In this document: positions 60,659 to 64,000 of the stretch, one piece after another
Numbering within the stretch: the stretch's first letter is position 1
How the letters are laid out: each line of letters begins with the position of its first letter
Assembly: GCA_030704615.1 (NCBI GenBank)
Contig: CM060732.1
Coordinates: 47,554,001 to 47,618,000 of the forward strand
Length of the DNA: 64,000 bases
Source of the DNA: Takakia lepidozioides
Taxonomy: Eukaryota; Plantae; Bryophyta
Direction: 5' to 3'
Notes under the pieces: generated by a model
The model's database searches: none
What the model was told of the DNA's origin: nothing
What the model saw: only the letters and a program-made list of their open reading frames with translations
Made by a program: the position numbers and the translations under genes

Positions 60659-61759
60659 ATGGAGGGGGGAGCTGGGACGGCGTGGGGGACTTGGGGGATG
60701 GTAGGAATGGCGGGGGTGGTGGCAGGTACTGCATACTACGTGATGTGTTTGGTGGGGGCGGCGGAGCAGAAGGGGAAGCGAGCGGTGGATCTAGGCGGGG
60801 GGAGTATAACGCGAGAGCAGGTTGCATCCAACTATCGGAAGTACGCCACCTTCTTTGAGAAGCCTAAACAGATTGAGAGGCCTGATAACGTGCCCAAGCT
60901 GGTGGACACTTTCTACAACCTGGTGACGGACATCTACGAGTGGGGATGGGGACAGAGCTTCCATTTTTCGCCTGCAGTGCCTGGTAAATCTCATCGTGCT
61001 GCGACCAGACTGCATGAGGAGCGGGTTGCGGATTTACTGAGGTTGAAACCAGGGCAGAAAGTTTTGGATGCGGGGTGCGGAGTAGGTGGACCCATGCGCG
61101 CAATCGCCGGGCATTCGGGTGCGTATGTGGTGGGTATTACCATTAACGATTACCAAGTAGCACGAGCTCGCAGCCACAACAAGAAGGCAGGCCTGGATCA
61201 CCTGTGTGAAGTGCTTTGCGGAAATTTCTTGCAAATGCCATTTCCTGATAATAGTTTTGATGGTGCGTATTCTATAGAGGCTACGTGCCATGCCCCAGAG
61301 CTACGGGATGTGTATGCAGAGATCTATCGCGTGTTGAAGCCTGGGCAGCTTTATGTGAGCTACGAGTGGGTTACAACACCTGAGTTTCGGGCCGACAAAC
61401 CAGAGCATGTCGATACTATTCATGGCATTGAGCATGGGGATGCCCTCCCAGGGCTTCGGAGCTACCAGGAAGTCGGGGAGATCGCCAAGGATGTGGGCTT
61501 CGAGGTGCTGCAGGACAGAGATTTAGCGTTGCCTCCTGCACATCCGTGGTGGAAGCGCCTTAAAATGGGACGCCTGGCCTATTATCGCAACCATTTGGTA
61601 ATTGCCCTGCTTTCATCCCTCGGGATCGCACCCCAGGGTGTGGTGGATGTGCATGAAATGCTCTTCAAGACTGCACTGCATCTTACCCGGGGTGGTGAGA
61701 CTGGAATCTTCAGCCCGATGCACCTACTGGTGTGCCAGAAACCAGCAGCTACTGGGTGA
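60659..61759 (+). CDS. SMT2: 24-methylenesterol C-methyltransferase (SMT2/SMT3 type), intronless
   Basis: FYNLVTDIYEWGWGQSFHF, SAM motif LDAGCGVGGP, YSIEATCHAP, VLKPG, YEW and an N-terminal membrane anchor. First ATG at 60659. Confidence 0.96.
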   Translation: MEGGAGTAWGTWGMVGMAGVVAGTAYYVMCLVGAAEQKGKRAVDLGGGSITREQVASNYRKYATFFEKPKQIERPDNVPKLVDTFYNLVTDIYEWGWGQSFHFSPAVPGKSHRAATRLHEERVADLLRLKPGQKVLDAGCGVGGPMRAIAGHSGAYVVGITINDYQVARARSHNKKAGLDHLCEVLCGNFLQMPFPDNSFDGAYSIEATCHAPELRDVYAEIYRVLKPGQLYVSYEWVTTPEFRADKPEHVDTIHGIEHGDALPGLRSYQEVGEIAKDVGFEVLQDRDLALPPAHPWWKRLKMGRLAYYRNHLVIALLSSLGIAPQGVVDVHEMLFKTALHLTRGGETGIFSPMHLLVCQKPAATG

Positions 61760-62192
61760 GGCCAGCACGGGAACGGTGTGGGCTTCATTCTTTGGAACTG
61801 GTAATGGTCTCTCTGTCCAGCAAGGCAATGGAGAAGACTGTCTGGTCGGATGCGGCTGGAATTCCTGGTGGGTGCTTGTGATTGCCTCAAACTGCTGTAG
61901 GGCCAACCCTAACATGTTTTGATTGTTTTAGGATTGACATTGGAGCATTCCATGTGCGGAAAGCTCTCAAGTCAATGAGGTGGTAGTGAGAAGGTGATGT
62001 GCAATGATCACCTGACGGTGCCTGAGGGGTATCTTGACCTGGCACCCAAGCATTTGTGCTGTTTGTGCAAGTCTTAGGAAACTTATTATTGTTGGTATAG
62101 TCGCATTTCTCAGTGGTAGGACACAAATGGTAAATCTCATCAGGATGAGAGTTGCCTTAGCATTGATATCACTGACTTCGCTGTGAGGGTTC

Positions 62193-63712
62193 TCAAAAGT
62201 AGTCTCTCCATTGCCAGAGCAAGCCCGGCAGTGTAGAATGCATATGTGCTTTTTTCAAATTTGACGGACTTGCTTTGACTGTTCCTGGTGGTTTCAGCTT
62301 CATATTTTCATGTTTCCTCAGCCATTTGGACAATTTCCTACAGCTCAAGGTCAGCTTGAAATTTGGAGTTTGCAGTTTGCACCCCAAATATTCCGAATGA
62401 AAGTCTATTGAAGTTTGTGTGGGCGTCACAGAAGTAGGATTTGTTTATCCACGAGTTAATTTTGTCTTTTGAGTGTTGAAAACTTGGTTTTTACTTTTCC
62501 CCCATAATGAGACTCACCAGCAACTAAACAGCTATGTCTACAATGGGAGGTCCCAAAAAACGGCCTTGCATTCACCTGCAAATCATACTTTCTGGCTTTC
62601 CGGTAACGACTTGGGTGGCCCAGTTCCACTTAACCTTGAAAGCAGCCTGCACTGGCTGTGCTCCACTCTTGGCCCCAATGTTCAGTACAATCAGAAGGTT
62701 GTATTGTTTATGGCAAGTCATGTGTCCTCCAAGATGAAACTCCTGTTGCTGGCGCATAAATGCTGCGGTTTACAAACAGCTGTAGCCTTGCAGGTCTTCC
62801 GGCTTAACTGTGGGCATATGTGGAATTTCAATGTAGTTGTCATGTGGGGAGAGCAGGGCAAATTCATTAGTGTAAATTTCACTGTCTTTTATTTTGAATG
62901 TCATAAGGCCAGTCATATCAATCCTTACCAAGACTTATTGCAGGGTTCAAGTAGGCAATGAGTGTGCATTCAGATCTTCGATCTACAGAAATCAAAATCT
63001 ACTGTGCTTTGGTGTTCCATGTGAAAATGCCTATCATAAAAAGTTCGTGCAACATCTATATATTAGGTTCTGTAGTCGAAGTTACTTATAGACAAACTAA
63101 CTGTTGTGGGCAAGTGTTGGTTGTATGAATGAAATCCCAGAAAGATTTTGTCCACAAGAATGAGTTGCAACACAGGAACATACTATGTTTTAACATGAGT
63201 CTTTGATTTCTACTTTGAAGGTGGAGGACCGAAATACTGCTTGTGATGGCTGTACAACAGAACTTTAAAACTTGGTCCTTGGAAGCTTCAGCTGCACAGA
63301 CAAAGCATAACATAACAATAATAGTAAATGAGAGGAAACGATGTATTAGCCTTGACAAATATGTTCCATGCAGTGGAGAATCAGTCTGCAGGCAGCCAAA
63401 GATTCCTGAGCTGATCCTTTGTGTTGATTAAATGGTGGTGAGCACCTTGCCTCCATGATCTGTTGATCACATACTGAACAGTTTCAACACAAAGAATCGA
63501 AGACAGCAGATTATTTGCAACACCTGCAAGAGTACACTAACCTTCGCCTTAGCTGGTGTGATAACTCTTGCCCTCTTAGGCTTTGAATCTGACTGCAAGT
63601 TATGCTCGACGGTCATAGTCATAGACTGTTCAACATCCTCCATGGATCTGTCCGTCCTGCAGTCATCATGCATCCCTAAAGTTCTATGTACATGCTTGTG
63701 CTCCTCCAGGGT
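62193..63712 (-). CDS. 3' exons of an unidentified spliced gene convergent with SMT2
   Basis: Exon-like AG/GT-bounded segments at 63542-63712, ~63231-63292 and 62193-62337 (KLSKWLRKHE...LLWQWRDYF*). No recognisable domain. Confidence 0.35.
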
Positions 63713-64000
63713 CTGCAAACAATACCAACTGTAAGTCAGATAGCAGCAGCAGACAAGTCATGTAAGGGGTATCTTCCTTTCCACAGTCCATGGCTGCTTT
63801 AAAAACAGATTCTCCATGTAGTTGTTTGGCTTGCATCAATTATCAGCATCATAAATAAAAACAAATAGGCTTTGCATCAAAACTTCTGCTACATAACTTC
63901 AAGAGTTTCCAGTCTCAATTAAGGAACTTTGGAGCACATGGCCTTGGAATGTTGGTCGACAATCCGTACAATAGGGCTGTCCAAGTACTTCACGGCACTA

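Noticed and set aside
60387-60827. Proline-rich extensin-like ORF on the minus strand
   Set aside because: It is the antisense reading of the G-rich SMT2 leader and N-terminus.

Overview
Eukaryotic land-plant nuclear DNA, probably a seed-free vascular plant (inferred from the PLS-DYW PPR relic, RTEX-like LINE ends and intron style). The right ~15 kb is ordinary gene space: an apparently intact 18-exon MCM2 on the minus strand (49076-58857) head-to-head with an intronless sterol C-24 methyltransferase (SMT2, 60659-61759), with E2F sites between them. The left ~49 kb is a heavily rearranged accessory zone built largely from copies of its own neighbourhood. It holds four copies of a GGQ release-factor-family gene, two extra MCM2 3' ends, a TBC/Rab-GAP pseudogene with an internal inversion, a PPR-DYW relic, a ~7 kb near-identical inverted duplication and a ~6.6 kb direct duplication. 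It also holds a ~1 kb-arm fold-back made of two convergent copies of an orphan coiled-coil gene, a full-length degenerate Ty3/gypsy chromovirus plus a deleted sister copy, and a CACTA-like terminus. An AT-rich block (29069-~33540) combines a stand-alone GIY-YIG nuclease ORF, a Trp-rich ORF relic, telomere-like CCCTAAA repeats and an NLR-type LRR fragment. The best candidates for an undescribed system are the orphan-gene fold-back and the GIY-YIG block. All alignments, identities and exon boundaries were read by eye and no database search was run.
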